Counted from the stretch's first letter, positions 53,042 to 61,865 are shown. The stretch is DNA of 64,000 bases from Candidatus Micrarchaeota archaeon (GCA_028867025.1 JAGWHC010000001.1:11663-75662); one strand, 5' to 3'. A program made the numbers and translations. Notes: a model not told the origin generated them from the sequence alone.

Positions 53042-54265
53042 CTAGGAGCTCTGTATTATGTCGTTGGTGCCGGTCACAGTCTCCTTAGAGACAGTGGTGT
53101 TCACCAGGACTATGAGGTTGTTGTTGCCGCTCGCGGTCAGGTTGCTTATCCTGCTGTTCACGAACTTGACCTGGTTGTACGTTCCTGTTATGTCGAGCAC
53201 CACATCGCTGTTGTACATTGTCACATTGTTGTTGTTTCCAGCTATCTTTAGCGTGGCGGTGCTGTTGAACACAGCGAGATTGTTCTGCGAACCGGTGGAT
53301 GAGACGTTGATGAAGACGTTTGAGAGTGTGAAGAGGCCGGCTGTGTTCGACTTGCCGCTGACCGACACGGAGGTTGTGCCTGACGAAAGCAGCTTGCACT
53401 GGCTCCCGCTGTTCCCGGAGAGCGAGAATGACGAGCCTGTGTAGTTGCTTGTGTTGAGCGCCACCACGCCCGTGGAGGTGAAGTTTGAGTAGGTTACATT
53501 GACTATCCCAGCGCAATAGTCGGCCAGCGTGTTGACCGACACGTTTAGCAATGACGCCTGGGGACCCGAATATGAGATTGCGGGCGGAGCGCCTGACTGC
53601 GGCGTCAGTGTTATGGTACCAAGCTCCTGCGCATAGCCGAAGACCTCGAAGCTGGAGTTGATCTCGTAAGAGCCGTTGGGCTCCTTTATAGGAGCGAACA
53701 GCATGATTCCTATCTGCGGCTTTACGAACCTTCCAGTGGTAGAGACGTAGGCGCCGGAGTAGCTCTCCGAGACGCCGCTGCCGCAGTCGCCGCCGTTGAA
53801 GCCGCAGTATTCGAAGCTTGCGGTGGCGTTGCCTACGACCTGGTAGCCGGACTGCTGGAACGCGCCCAGGTTTCCGAAGCATACGAAGACCTGGCCGGGC
53901 CTTATCTTTCCTTTTGTGCAGCGCGCTGTCGCTGACTTGCCGTTCAGCGTGACTGTGAGGCTGACAGCGTTTATCGGGAACTCTTGGGAGTTGGTTCCGA
54001 GCATGGCGAATTCAGTGGATGTGGAGTTTGACGCGATGACGAAGTCGCTGCAGTTTATGCCCAGGCTGAAAGTGCAGCGGGAAGGTATCGCGTTCCCTAT
54101 GCCGCTCAGCGCATGCAGAAGGAGAAACGAGGCCACTATGGCAATCGCGACTCCGAAGGCAAGAGCCGTTATCTCCTCTATGCTTACCTGCTCCTTCTCC
54201 TCGTAAGATTTTGCCCCGCGCTTGCGCGCAGTCTTGGCCAAGTGTTCCACCCCACGCTTCCGCAC
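53042..54265 (-). CDS. Large class III signal-peptide (pilin-like) surface protein, paralogue 2
   Basis: EKEQVSIEEITALAFGVAIAIVASFLLL, collinear with paralogue 1. The C-terminal ~130 aa are near-identical, with a 58-nt exact DNA match (53114..53171 = 51659..51716). Confidence 0.75.
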   Translation of the reverse strand: MRKRGVEHLAKTARKRGAKSYEEKEQVSIEEITALAFGVAIAIVASFLLLHALSGIGNAIPSRCTFSLGINCSDFVIASNSTSTEFAMLGTNSQEFPINAVSLTVTLNGKSATARCTKGKIRPGQVFVCFGNLGAFQQSGYQVVGNATASFEYCGFNGGDCGSGVSESYSGAYVSTTGRFVKPQIGIMLFAPIKEPNGSYEINSSFEVFGYAQELGTITLTPQSGAPPAISYSGPQASLLNVSVNTLADYCAGIVNVTYSNFTSTGVVALNTSNYTGSSFSLSGNSGSQCKLLSSGTTSVSVSGKSNTAGLFTLSNVFINVSSTGSQNNLAVFNSTATLKIAGNNNNVTMYNSDVVLDITGTYNQVKFVNSRISNLTASGNNNLIVLVNTTVSKETVTGTNDIIQSS

Positions 54266-54372
54266 TGTAATAAGTGCAGATGCTCATATAAAAAACGTTG
54301 CACACATGATGCGCGCACGGCCCACGCATCGGATTAATAATTGCTCTGCATAATCTAATTGATTCCGATTTT

Positions 54373-55851
54373 ATGCCGACAAAGAAGGAGAGCAGGGCGG
54401 GCGACATAGCAGCGAGGCGAGGCATCTACTTCCAGGCGTTCGGCATATACGACGGCGTCGCCGGCTTCTACGACTACGGGCCCATAGGCGTGAGGATAAA
54501 GAGGAAGTTCGAGGGCGCGTGGCGCTCCCTGTTCGTCAACAGGACAGGCGCGCTGGAGATAGAGAGCACGAACATAGTGCCCGAGCAGGTGCTCAGGGCG
54601 AGCGGCCATCTCTCCGCGTTCACGGACCCGATGGTCGCGTGCACTGTATGCAAGACGCCGTACAGGGCGGACAAGCTACTTGAGGAGTACTACGAGAAGA
54701 AGGGCATGGGCGATGAGGCGGCTAAGGTAAAGAAGATGACGATCGAGCAGATGGAGAAGAAGCTCGCTGAGCACGGGATAAAGTGCGAGAGGTGCGGCAA
54801 CAAGCTTGGCAAGGTCGAGAAGTTCAACATGACATTCAAGACGCAGATAGGTCCTACTTCAGGGGGAACTGTGGCGTACCTGAGGCCGGAGACTGCGCAG
54901 AGCATCTTCGTAGACTTCATGCACCTGTACAAGACCTACGGGCTCAAGCTGCCCGTTGGAGTGGCGCAGGTGGGAAGGGCGTACAGGAACGAGATATCGC
55001 CGAGGCAGCAGCTCGTTCGGCTGCGCGAGCTCACGCAGATGGACCTCGAGATTTTCATCGACCCCGAGGACGACCCGAGGGAGATAATGGGCTTCGACGT
55101 CAGGGGCGTGCTGCGCGAGAGGGTGAGCTTCGTGTCCAGGGGTAGCGAGGAGGCGAAGGCGGAGAGCATAGAAGAGCTGCTGAAGCGCGGATCGCTGCCG
55201 AACAAGTACATGGCCTTCCTCATCTACCTCCAGGAGAAGCTGATGCAGGAGCTGGGAGTCGACAAGAGCACGTACAGGTTCCGCGAGCTGGAAAGGGAGG
55301 AGCTGCCCCACTACTCGAAGGGCAACGTCGACCTTGAGATGAAGACGTCATACGGCTACATTGAGCTCTCCGGAACCGCCTACAGGACGGACTGGGACCT
55401 CTCGCAGCACGGGAAGGAATCAGGGAAGGAGCTGGCGGTGCTTTCCGAAAGCGGAAAGCGCGTGGTGCCGCACGTTGTGGAGCTGACTATAGGCGGCGAC
55501 AGGCCTGTGTTCGCGATACTCGACAACAGCGTTGTGGACGACGACGGGAGGGGCTGGGCGTGGCTGAGGCTCAGCGAGAAGATAGCGCCGTATGCGTACG
55601 GGGTCTTTCCGCTGCAGAAGGACGACAAGCTGGTGGACAAGGCGAAGCAGGTGTACAAGATGCTGCAGGAGAAGAACGTGGACTGCTACTACTCCGAGAC
55701 CGCGAGCATAGGCAAGAGGTATGCGCGCGCCGATGAGATAGGAGTGCCGTACTGCATCACAATAGACTATACAACGCTCGAGGACGACACGGTGACCGTG
55801 AGGAACAGGGACACAACAAAGCAGGTAAGGAAGCTGGTCGGAGAGATTTGA
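54373..55851 (+). CDS. glyS: Glycyl-tRNA synthetase (archaeal/eukaryal class II type)
   Basis: RRGIYFQAFGIYDGVAGFYDYGPIGVRIKRKFEGAWRSLF N-terminal signature. It also has FRNEISPR (motif 2) and a C-terminal anticodon-binding domain. Confidence 0.9.
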   Translation: MPTKKESRAGDIAARRGIYFQAFGIYDGVAGFYDYGPIGVRIKRKFEGAWRSLFVNRTGALEIESTNIVPEQVLRASGHLSAFTDPMVACTVCKTPYRADKLLEEYYEKKGMGDEAAKVKKMTIEQMEKKLAEHGIKCERCGNKLGKVEKFNMTFKTQIGPTSGGTVAYLRPETAQSIFVDFMHLYKTYGLKLPVGVAQVGRAYRNEISPRQQLVRLRELTQMDLEIFIDPEDDPREIMGFDVRGVLRERVSFVSRGSEEAKAESIEELLKRGSLPNKYMAFLIYLQEKLMQELGVDKSTYRFRELEREELPHYSKGNVDLEMKTSYGYIELSGTAYRTDWDLSQHGKESGKELAVLSESGKRVVPHVVELTIGGDRPVFAILDNSVVDDDGRGWAWLRLSEKIAPYAYGVFPLQKDDKLVDKAKQVYKMLQEKNVDCYYSETASIGKRYARADEIGVPYCITIDYTTLEDDTVTVRNRDTTKQVRKLVGEI

Positions 55852-56711
55852 TGCAGAGCATGAGAGTGGGCGATTTTGACATAACGCACACTATCGAGAG
55901 CGCGCAGCCGCTCACATTTATCGGGGACGAGAGGCCTGACAGGAAGGGAATCACGTACACTTGCGGGGACAGTTTTGTGGAGGTCGACCAGAGGGGCAAG
56001 CGCCTGGCATACAGGGCCTACGGATCGCTTGGCCGCGCGCGCCTCAGCAGGGAGATAATTGCAAGGTTCGGGCTAGGGGACGACATGGGCGATGTTTACA
56101 GGCGCATAGGCACAGACGCTTTCATGAAGAAAGCTGTGAGTAGGTACAGGGGGATGCGCATAACAAGGAACGAGCCCTGGGAGACTGCCCTGTGCTTCGT
56201 GATCTCGCAGTTCAACAGCGTGAAGAGGATACGTGGCATAGTCAAGAGGCTCATCGCAGCGTACGGGAGGGAGCACACGTTCTCGGCTGGAAGCGTGAGG
56301 CTCAGCTTCAGGAGCTTCCCTTCCCCTGAGTCGATAGCGGAAAGGAGCACGGGCGACCTGATGGCGCACGGCGCGGGATTCAGGGCAAGGTACATGAGGG
56401 CGGTGGCGAGGGAGTGGAGCGAGCAGCGCGGTTTCAGCAAACTGCGCGACAAGGACTATGCGGAAGCCAAGGAGGAGCTGATGTCGCTCGAAGGCGTCGG
56501 CGACAAGGTTGCCGACTGCATACTCCTTTTCGGCTACGGCAGGCTCGAGGCCTTCCCGATAGACACGTGGATAAAGCGGGTCGTGGAGCGCGTCTACTTC
56601 AGAGGGAGGAAGCAGAGCATAAGGAAGATACACGAGTTTGCAGATGAAAGATGGGGCGCGTACGCAGGTTACGCCCAGCAGTACATGTTCCATTTTGCTA
56701 GAAATGAGTGA
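55848..56711 (+). CDS. ogg: 8-oxoguanine DNA glycosylase / AP lyase (HhH-GPD superfamily, Ogg-type)
   Basis: LMSLEGVGDKVADCILLFGYGRLEAFPIDTWIKRV is the HhH-GPD motif with the catalytic K/D pattern. It overlaps glyS by 4 nt. Confidence 0.75.
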   Translation: MMQSMRVGDFDITHTIESAQPLTFIGDERPDRKGITYTCGDSFVEVDQRGKRLAYRAYGSLGRARLSREIIARFGLGDDMGDVYRRIGTDAFMKKAVSRYRGMRITRNEPWETALCFVISQFNSVKRIRGIVKRLIAAYGREHTFSAGSVRLSFRSFPSPESIAERSTGDLMAHGAGFRARYMRAVAREWSEQRGFSKLRDKDYAEAKEELMSLEGVGDKVADCILLFGYGRLEAFPIDTWIKRVVERVYFRGRKQSIRKIHEFADERWGAYAGYAQQYMFHFARNE

Positions 56712-57298
56712 TTGATTTGATGCGAAGCATACCTGATGTTGCAAGGATAGAAAGGCGGTTGCTGGACCTGCAGAAGAAAAAGGACAGGGTGCTCGAGCTT
56801 TCGCGCGACGTCGTGCGCGTCGCGGGCAAGTCCATAACTGAGATGCATGCCGGGAATCTGAGGGAGGCGGGCAGTGGAATGAAGCGCATCACCGCGCTCG
56901 TCTCCAGGCTCAGAAAGATCGAAAAGGGATTCGAGTACTTCTCCGTGCAGGCGCATCAGGAGTACGTGGAGGCGATGGCGTTCTACATTATACTGAAGGA
57001 GCGCAGGCTCGCCTCAGCCGGCGAGCTGCGCGTCGGCGAGATACCTTACCTTCTGGGCATGATGGACCTGACAGGAGAGCTGAAGCGCGAGGCGATAGAG
57101 TCGATAAGGGAGGAGGACCTGGACGCGGCCAACGCATACTACGGCTTCATGAAGGGCATCTACGACTCCACGAGGGCTATGCGCTTCGCGAACTCGCTTG
57201 TGCCCGAGTTCAGGAGGAAGCAGGACACAGCGCGCATACAGCTGGAAACCACTGCCGGAGAGCTGCTTTCCGCTGTGCGGAAACGAAGAAATGTTTAA
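56708..57298 (+). CDS. Translin-family nucleic-acid-binding protein (COG2178-like)
   Basis: HQEYVEAMAFYIIL...IPYLLGMMDLTGELKREAIE matches the translin Y-L-x-G-x-x-D-x-x-GEL motif. It overlaps ogg by 4 nt. Confidence 0.65.
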   Translation: MIDLMRSIPDVARIERRLLDLQKKKDRVLELSRDVVRVAGKSITEMHAGNLREAGSGMKRITALVSRLRKIEKGFEYFSVQAHQEYVEAMAFYIILKERRLASAGELRVGEIPYLLGMMDLTGELKREAIESIREEDLDAANAYYGFMKGIYDSTRAMRFANSLVPEFRRKQDTARIQLETTAGELLSAVRKRRNV

Positions 57299-57342
57299 AT
57301 TACTTCCTGTCGCATAATCCCAATAAGGCATGGATTGAGACG

Positions 57343-57867
57343 ATGACTAACAATAGGAAGTTTGTGAAAGCGCAGAGCGCGATGGAATACCTGATGACCT
57401 ACGGATGGGCAATACTCATCATCGCGGTCGTGCTGGGGGCGCTGTTCTCGCTGGGCGTGTTCAGCAGCGGATCGCTGCTGGGGACGAGCTGCATCGCTTA
57501 CTCTGGCTATGAGTGTCAGAGCCCGATTCTACACGGCGGCCAATTCTCCGCTACGATAGGACAATCGACAGGCTCTGGCTGGACTGCGGTAAACATAATA
57601 CTTGTCGGATACGGAACAGCCAATCCTGCCGCAGCGCAGTTCGCATTCGTTAATTGCTACCCGTCACAGACAGGCCTGTCTATATCCAGCGGATCTGCGG
57701 TAACATTCAGTACTTACAACTCTGTTTCGGGAAGCACACCTGCCTGCACGCTATTGCCTACTACAGTGGGCACAGCCTTTGCGGGAGGCATCTGGGCTTT
57801 CTACACATCCGGAGGAACCGCAGGATTGATATCGCAGCTCGCGACGCTGAACGTCAAGGCCACATAA
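57343..57867 (+). CDS. Type IV pilin-like protein (class III signal peptide), copy 1
   Basis: MTNNRKFVKA/QSAMEYLMTYGWAILIIAVVLGALFSLGVF has a short basic leader, Q at +1, E at +5 and a hydrophobic helix. The length is 174 aa. Confidence 0.8.
   Translation: MTNNRKFVKAQSAMEYLMTYGWAILIIAVVLGALFSLGVFSSGSLLGTSCIAYSGYECQSPILHGGQFSATIGQSTGSGWTAVNIILVGYGTANPAAAQFAFVNCYPSQTGLSISSGSAVTFSTYNSVSGSTPACTLLPTTVGTAFAGGIWAFYTSGGTAGLISQLATLNVKAT
57365..57506 (+). repeat. 142-nt 5' cassette, identical to 57974..58115
   Basis: Character-by-character comparison of tgaaagcgcagagcgcgatgg...catcgcttactctgg shows no mismatch. Confidence 0.9.
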
Positions 57868-57910
57868 GCAGCCGCTTGTTCATGGCTTTGCCCCTGCCGT
57901 ATTTGAGATA

Positions 57911-57920
57911 AATTTAAATA
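57911..57920 (+). promoter_or_regulatory. TATA-like box of pilin copy 2
   Basis: aatttaaata lies about 35 nt upstream of ATG 57952, and caggag lies 6-11 nt upstream of the ATG. Confidence 0.45.
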
Positions 57921-57951
57921 CGTGACGATTGAAGAGTATTCAGGAGTTTGC

Positions 57952-58473
57952 ATGGGAAAGAACGTTAAGATGTTGAAAGCGCAGAGCGCGATGGAATACC
58001 TGATGACCTACGGATGGGCAATACTCATCATCGCGGTCGTGCTGGGGGCGCTGTTCTCGCTGGGCGTGTTCAGCAGCGGATCGCTGCTGGGGACGAGCTG
58101 CATCGCTTACTCTGGTTACGTATGTTCGAACCCTCTGCTTCACAGCGGCGTCTTCTCGGCCACGGTGGGCCAGTCCACAGGAACCGCGTGGACCACTGTT
58201 AACATAATATTCCTAGGATACGGATCAGCCACGCCTGTGGCGGGCTCGTTCACCTCGGGCTGCGCCTCGAGCTTCGCAACGATATCAAGCGGCCAGCAGG
58301 TCTCGTTTGCGAGCACAAACGACGTTACTGGAACAGTTCCTAGCACATGCACGTCGCTTGCCAGCACGGGCGTGGGAGGCACTGTCGCAGGAGGCATCTG
58401 GGCTACCTACACCGCAAGCGGAACGAGCGGACTCATATCGCAGCTCGCGACGCTGAACGTCAAGGCATCATAG
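57952..58473 (+). CDS. Type IV pilin-like protein (class III signal peptide), copy 2
   Basis: MGKNVKMLKA/QSAMEYLMTYGWAILIIAVVLGALFSLGVF. The central domain diverges from copy 1, and the last 32 nt before the final codon are identical to copy 1 (58435..58466 = 57829..57860). Confidence 0.8.
   Translation: MGKNVKMLKAQSAMEYLMTYGWAILIIAVVLGALFSLGVFSSGSLLGTSCIAYSGYVCSNPLLHSGVFSATVGQSTGTAWTTVNIIFLGYGSATPVAGSFTSGCASSFATISSGQQVSFASTNDVTGTVPSTCTSLASTGVGGTVAGGIWATYTASGTSGLISQLATLNVKAS
57974..58115 (+). repeat. 142-nt 5' cassette, identical to 57365..57506
   Basis: See 57365..57506. Confidence 0.9.
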
Positions 58474-58559
58474 CACCTACCTTTGCAAGGAGTTTTTCCA
58501 GACGTAGCGCAGCGCGGATAAGGCTTTAAATGTAATATGACAAACGTAGAATTGAGCCT

Positions 58560-59234
58560 ATGAAGATTCTGGGGAACCAACCAAGTATCGGCGCGGTCAA
58601 GCGCGTATTTTCAAGGCGCTTGAACCTCATATTCTCGGTCTTGATGGTGATAGTGGCCGCTTCAGTGCCGCTGGGCATGGGCGCATTCAACAACACCGGC
58701 CCTCTCCACAAGACGATGGTGTCGTTGCGCTCGAAGGAGGTCAAGGCGCAGAGCGCGATGGAATACCTGATGACCTACGGATGGGCAATACTCATCATCG
58801 CGGTAGTGCTGGGGGCGCTGTTCTCGCTGGGCGTGTTCAGCAGCAACAATTCGCTGGGGACAAGCTGCATATCAAATGCAGGCTACCTCTGCTCGAACCC
58901 TCAGATTCATGGAGGCACGCTCACTGTCAACGTGGGTCAACTCACCGGCAGCAGCTGGACCACAGTGAACGTGCTGCTTGTGGAAACAGGCGCCCCCGCT
59001 CCGACCACATCCTCGTTCGCGCTCTCGTGCGCGCAGCAGTTCTCGAGCGGGATAAACAACGGCCAGCAGGTTGCGATGTCGGTCACTGGAGGCATTACTT
59101 CAGGAGGAGCGTGCACTGCGCTTCCGAGCAGCGTTGGCACAGCAGTGTCGGGAGCCGTATGGGCCCAGTACACCGTAGGTTCGAACAGCGGGCTGATAGC
59201 AAAGCTCGCCGGGATATCGGTCAAGGTTTCCTGA
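58560..59234 (+). CDS. Type IV pilin-like protein, copy 3 (possible long N-terminal extension; canonical-length form would start at ATG 58716)
   Basis: ...MVSLRSKEVKA/QSAMEYLMTYGWAILIIAVVLGALFSLGVF. ATG 58560 lies about 32 nt after the TATA-like ctttaaatg (58524-58532), and ATG 58716 gives a 172-aa pilin. Confidence 0.75.
   Translation: MKILGNQPSIGAVKRVFSRRLNLIFSVLMVIVAASVPLGMGAFNNTGPLHKTMVSLRSKEVKAQSAMEYLMTYGWAILIIAVVLGALFSLGVFSSNNSLGTSCISNAGYLCSNPQIHGGTLTVNVGQLTGSSWTTVNVLLVETGAPAPTTSSFALSCAQQFSSGINNGQQVAMSVTGGITSGGACTALPSSVGTAVSGAVWAQYTVGSNSGLIAKLAGISVKVS
58746..58844 (+). repeat. 99-nt 5' cassette, one mismatch relative to copies 1 and 2
   Basis: gcgcagagcgcgatggaatacc...gtgttcagcagc has a single c-to-a difference (cggtCgtg vs cggtAgtg). 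Confidence 0.85.
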
Positions 59235-60174
59235 TTCCCAGCGCACGGTTCCCGCTTTCTTTGCTCTCGCTTTCCTCGACCAGCTTCAGCACCTCCATAA
59301 GCTCGTTGGCGCTGAGCAGCGGCTTCCTCAGCCTCTCGGTGTCGTCTATCGCGATCCTGGGGCAGGCGGTGTTGACAAAGGCGTCGAATTCGAGCATATT
59401 GTTGATGGAGTCAAAGTCGAGGGTGTTGGAAACGAGTATAGCGGCGGTGAGCCCCGCGCCCTCTATCCTCTTCTTCAGTATCCCCGCAAGGTTCATATTG
59501 TACTGGCCGTTCTTCGTGCTTACAAGTATACCGAAGTTTCTCGCCTTCAGCGATGCCAGCACCTTGCCACGGCTCCTCTTCCTGTATCTATCTCGCATCG
59601 AGTCTATGTTTTCGACAGCGTTGCGGAAGGGATCGACTATGAAGAACGGTTTCGTGGTCTGCAGCAGCGCCCCGAGCGGGTGGAATATGCCTCCGCCGAA
59701 GTAGACGAAGGCGTCGACGTTCCTGTCAAGCAGCATTACGTTGCCGTCGTCGCAGCCGAGTATCTGGCCGTTCGCCTTCGCGAAGCCGTTCGGCCTGTTC
59801 AGCACAATTTCCTTGCCGCTCTCTTCGTAGAATTTCTTTATGGAATCAAGCTGGTGCACATGCTGTATTGTGGTCATGAGGCAGATCCTCCTGAAGGCGT
59901 CCAGTGCCTTCAGCGACTCGGGAAGCATGTCGAGGGAAGCGTCGATCAGGTACGGCACGTACTCGACGTTGAAGTCCACGTGGTGGAACTCCGCGTGGCC
60001 GAAATGCACGAGCTTCTCCGCACCTACCTTCTTTGCCTCGTCTATCGCGAGATCGCAGGCGCCGAAGGTCGGCGACGCTGATATGATGACCTCGTTGCCC
60101 TCGGCCTCTAGCTTCTTCGCGTGCCTGAGCGCCTCCTGCTTCAGGCCCTCTGGAAACTGGAGTAGTATCCTCAT
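59221..60174 (-). CDS. dph2: Diphthamide synthase subunit Dph2 (2-(3-amino-3-carboxypropyl)histidine synthase)
   Basis: MRILLQFPEGLKQEALRHAKKLEAEGNEVIISASPTFGACDL is the archaeal Dph2 N-terminal signature. ATG 60174 is preferred. Confidence 0.85.
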   Translation of the reverse strand: MRILLQFPEGLKQEALRHAKKLEAEGNEVIISASPTFGACDLAIDEAKKVGAEKLVHFGHAEFHHVDFNVEYVPYLIDASLDMLPESLKALDAFRRICLMTTIQHVHQLDSIKKFYEESGKEIVLNRPNGFAKANGQILGCDDGNVMLLDRNVDAFVYFGGGIFHPLGALLQTTKPFFIVDPFRNAVENIDSMRDRYRKRSRGKVLASLKARNFGILVSTKNGQYNMNLAGILKKRIEGAGLTAAILVSNTLDFDSINNMLEFDAFVNTACPRIAIDDTERLRKPLLSANELMEVLKLVEESESKESGNRALGIRKP

Positions 60175-60192
60175 GCGATTACATCTCAACCC

Positions 60193-60480
60193 ATGAATAA
60201 ATCCTTTGCGCTAAAGCGCACGCTTATTAAGATGGAGGGAAAACACATGCGTATGCCAGACACTGGGAAGAAAACTCAACGAAAACCCTTCAAGTTCATT
60301 CCTGATGAACTTGTACCGATTTATGAGCATAACCTGAGGGAGCACGAGCGCCTCCTGAAGAATCCGGGAGCTGAGCCGAACTGGATGACTCTGCCCTTTG
60401 ACGATAAAAAGCTAAAGGAGGAGCAGGAAAAGATAATCGCAAGCGTCAAGAGGCCCGAGCGGGCTGCTTCTGCGAGTTAA
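60193..60480 (+). CDS. Hypothetical small basic protein (uncertain)
   Basis: A 95-aa ORF filling the dph2-rpl10e spacer. Its 3' end overlaps the convergent rpl10e by 35 nt. No family recognised. Confidence 0.35.
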   Translation: MNKSFALKRTLIKMEGKHMRMPDTGKKTQRKPFKFIPDELVPIYEHNLREHERLLKNPGAEPNWMTLPFDDKKLKEEQEKIIASVKRPERAASAS

Positions 60481-60991
60481 GCATGACTATCGCGTATGTG
60501 CCTGAGAGCTTGTCCGACGCCCTCCTCAGGGCTTCGCGCGCCACGTCCTTGTTCTCCGCATTTGTCTTAAGCTCGAAAACCGTCTGGCCCTCGAAGACTC
60601 TGGCGGCAACAGCGGCCGGCTTGCCGAAAGATAGCGTCATTCCCTGCGAGACCCTGTCTGCTCCAGCGCCTGTCGCGAACTTCTTCTCGCGTATCACGTT
60701 GTGCGGGAAGGGCACAAGGCGCATGAAGTAAGCTCCTGGTATCTCGCGCTCGAGGTACTTGTTGGCAGCCTGCCTCGCGGCCTCCAGCGCGTTCGAGCGC
60801 AGCTGCACGTTCTGCCTCGACCTGAGAGTGAAATCGAGCTCGTAGGCTGCGTTGCTCACGCCCATGTTGAAGATGAGCAGGCTCGTCCTCGGCAGCGCCT
60901 TGATGTAGTTCTTCTTCGGCTTCTTTATCGAGTACCTTGCCCAAGCCTGGCTGTTGATCTTGCGCACAGTCCTGCCCGGTCTAAGCTTCAT
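60446..60991 (-). CDS. rpl10e: 50S ribosomal protein uL16 (L10e)
   Basis: MKLRPGRTVRKINSQAWARYSIKKPKKNYIKALP...RLVPFPHNVIREKKFATGAGADRVSQGM. Confidence 0.9.
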   Translation of the reverse strand: MKLRPGRTVRKINSQAWARYSIKKPKKNYIKALPRTSLLIFNMGVSNAAYELDFTLRSRQNVQLRSNALEAARQAANKYLEREIPGAYFMRLVPFPHNVIREKKFATGAGADRVSQGMTLSFGKPAAVAARVFEGQTVFELKTNAENKDVAREALRRASDKLSGTYAIVMLNSQKQPARAS

Positions 60992-61061
60992 GCTGGCTCA
61001 CCTAATTAGCATAGTCTGTTGTCTTGGAAGCTATATATTGCTTTCTGATAAGACAAGCCTG

Positions 61062-61865
61062 TTAGCGCTTTACCCTGATTGGCTGCCTGCCGGGGGGACG
61101 GGAAAGATCCAGGCCTGTCCTTATCTTCAGCTGCACCGCAACGTACTCCGGGTCGCTAGTCCTCAGCGCATCCCTGATACTGCCTACCGCATCGTCTATC
61201 GCCTCGTCCGCTTCTCTGCTGCGGCCGAAGTGTTTGCTGAGCAAAATTACAGTTTCCCTTATTTCAGGGCTCTTGGGAGATGACGAGGAACCTAGTCTCT
61301 TCATGTCCTCTGCGGATACGTAGTCTAGGAACTCCTCCTTTTGGGCCAGCAGTTCCCTTACATCATTTGCAGACTGCATGTCAACGGCGCACTCAAGCAG
61401 TCCGTAGGCGAGGTTGGAGATGTAGGACGTGGCGGCGACGTGCTCCCTGTCCTCCTGCATGCCTTTCCTCTTTCTGAAAACCTCCAGCGCGCCCTTCTCC
61501 TTTACCTCTCCGGATGTTAGGTCCATTATGCTTTGCAGCTCCCGCTCAAGCAGCGAACCTGCTAAAGAATCCAACGAGCCTTTCGGCTCAGAGTCGGAAA
61601 GTAGGCCGAGCGCCACCTTCGCTGCCCCGTATGTCACTAGTGACCTGCAGTAGTCGCTATCGAGAAAGGCGAGAGCAGCGGCGCGGTTATGGGCTTGAAC
61701 TGCTGTGAGAATCGCCTCGTCCACGAAAGCACGGCCGAAATCCTCCCTCACGTGCCTCTCCATCTCTTTCCTGTTATCCCAGGATATTGGAGACCTGCCT
61801 GCTTTGATTGCATCGAGCTCTTGGTCGTGCCTGTCAACATACCAGTAGTCGTTGATAGCGTCCAT
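61062..61865 (-). CDS. Hypothetical soluble protein (267 aa)
   Basis: A coherent ORF with helical, acidic composition. No family recognised. Confidence 0.65.
   Translation of the reverse strand: MDAINDYWYVDRHDQELDAIKAGRSPISWDNRKEMERHVREDFGRAFVDEAILTAVQAHNRAAALAFLDSDYCRSLVTYGAAKVALGLLSDSEPKGSLDSLAGSLLERELQSIMDLTSGEVKEKGALEVFRKRKGMQEDREHVAATSYISNLAYGLLECAVDMQSANDVRELLAQKEEFLDYVSAEDMKRLGSSSSPKSPEIRETVILLSKHFGRSREADEAIDDAVGSIRDALRTSDPEYVAVQLKIRTGLDLSRPPGRQPIRVKR

Noticed and set aside
53085-53882. A 265-aa alternative-frame ORF within the large pilin-like paralogue 2, and similar ones at 51787..52017 and 52410..52622.
   Set aside because: The annotated frame carries the class III motif and is conserved with its paralogue. 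The alternative frame is Arg/Gln/Leu-rich noise.
57365-58844. Regularly spaced ~100-140-nt direct repeats, considered as a possible CRISPR-like or other non-coding array.
   Set aside because: The repeats are the conserved signal-peptide and N-terminal helix coding parts of three pilin genes. The 'spacers' are the rest of those ORFs, and there is no short palindromic repeat structure.
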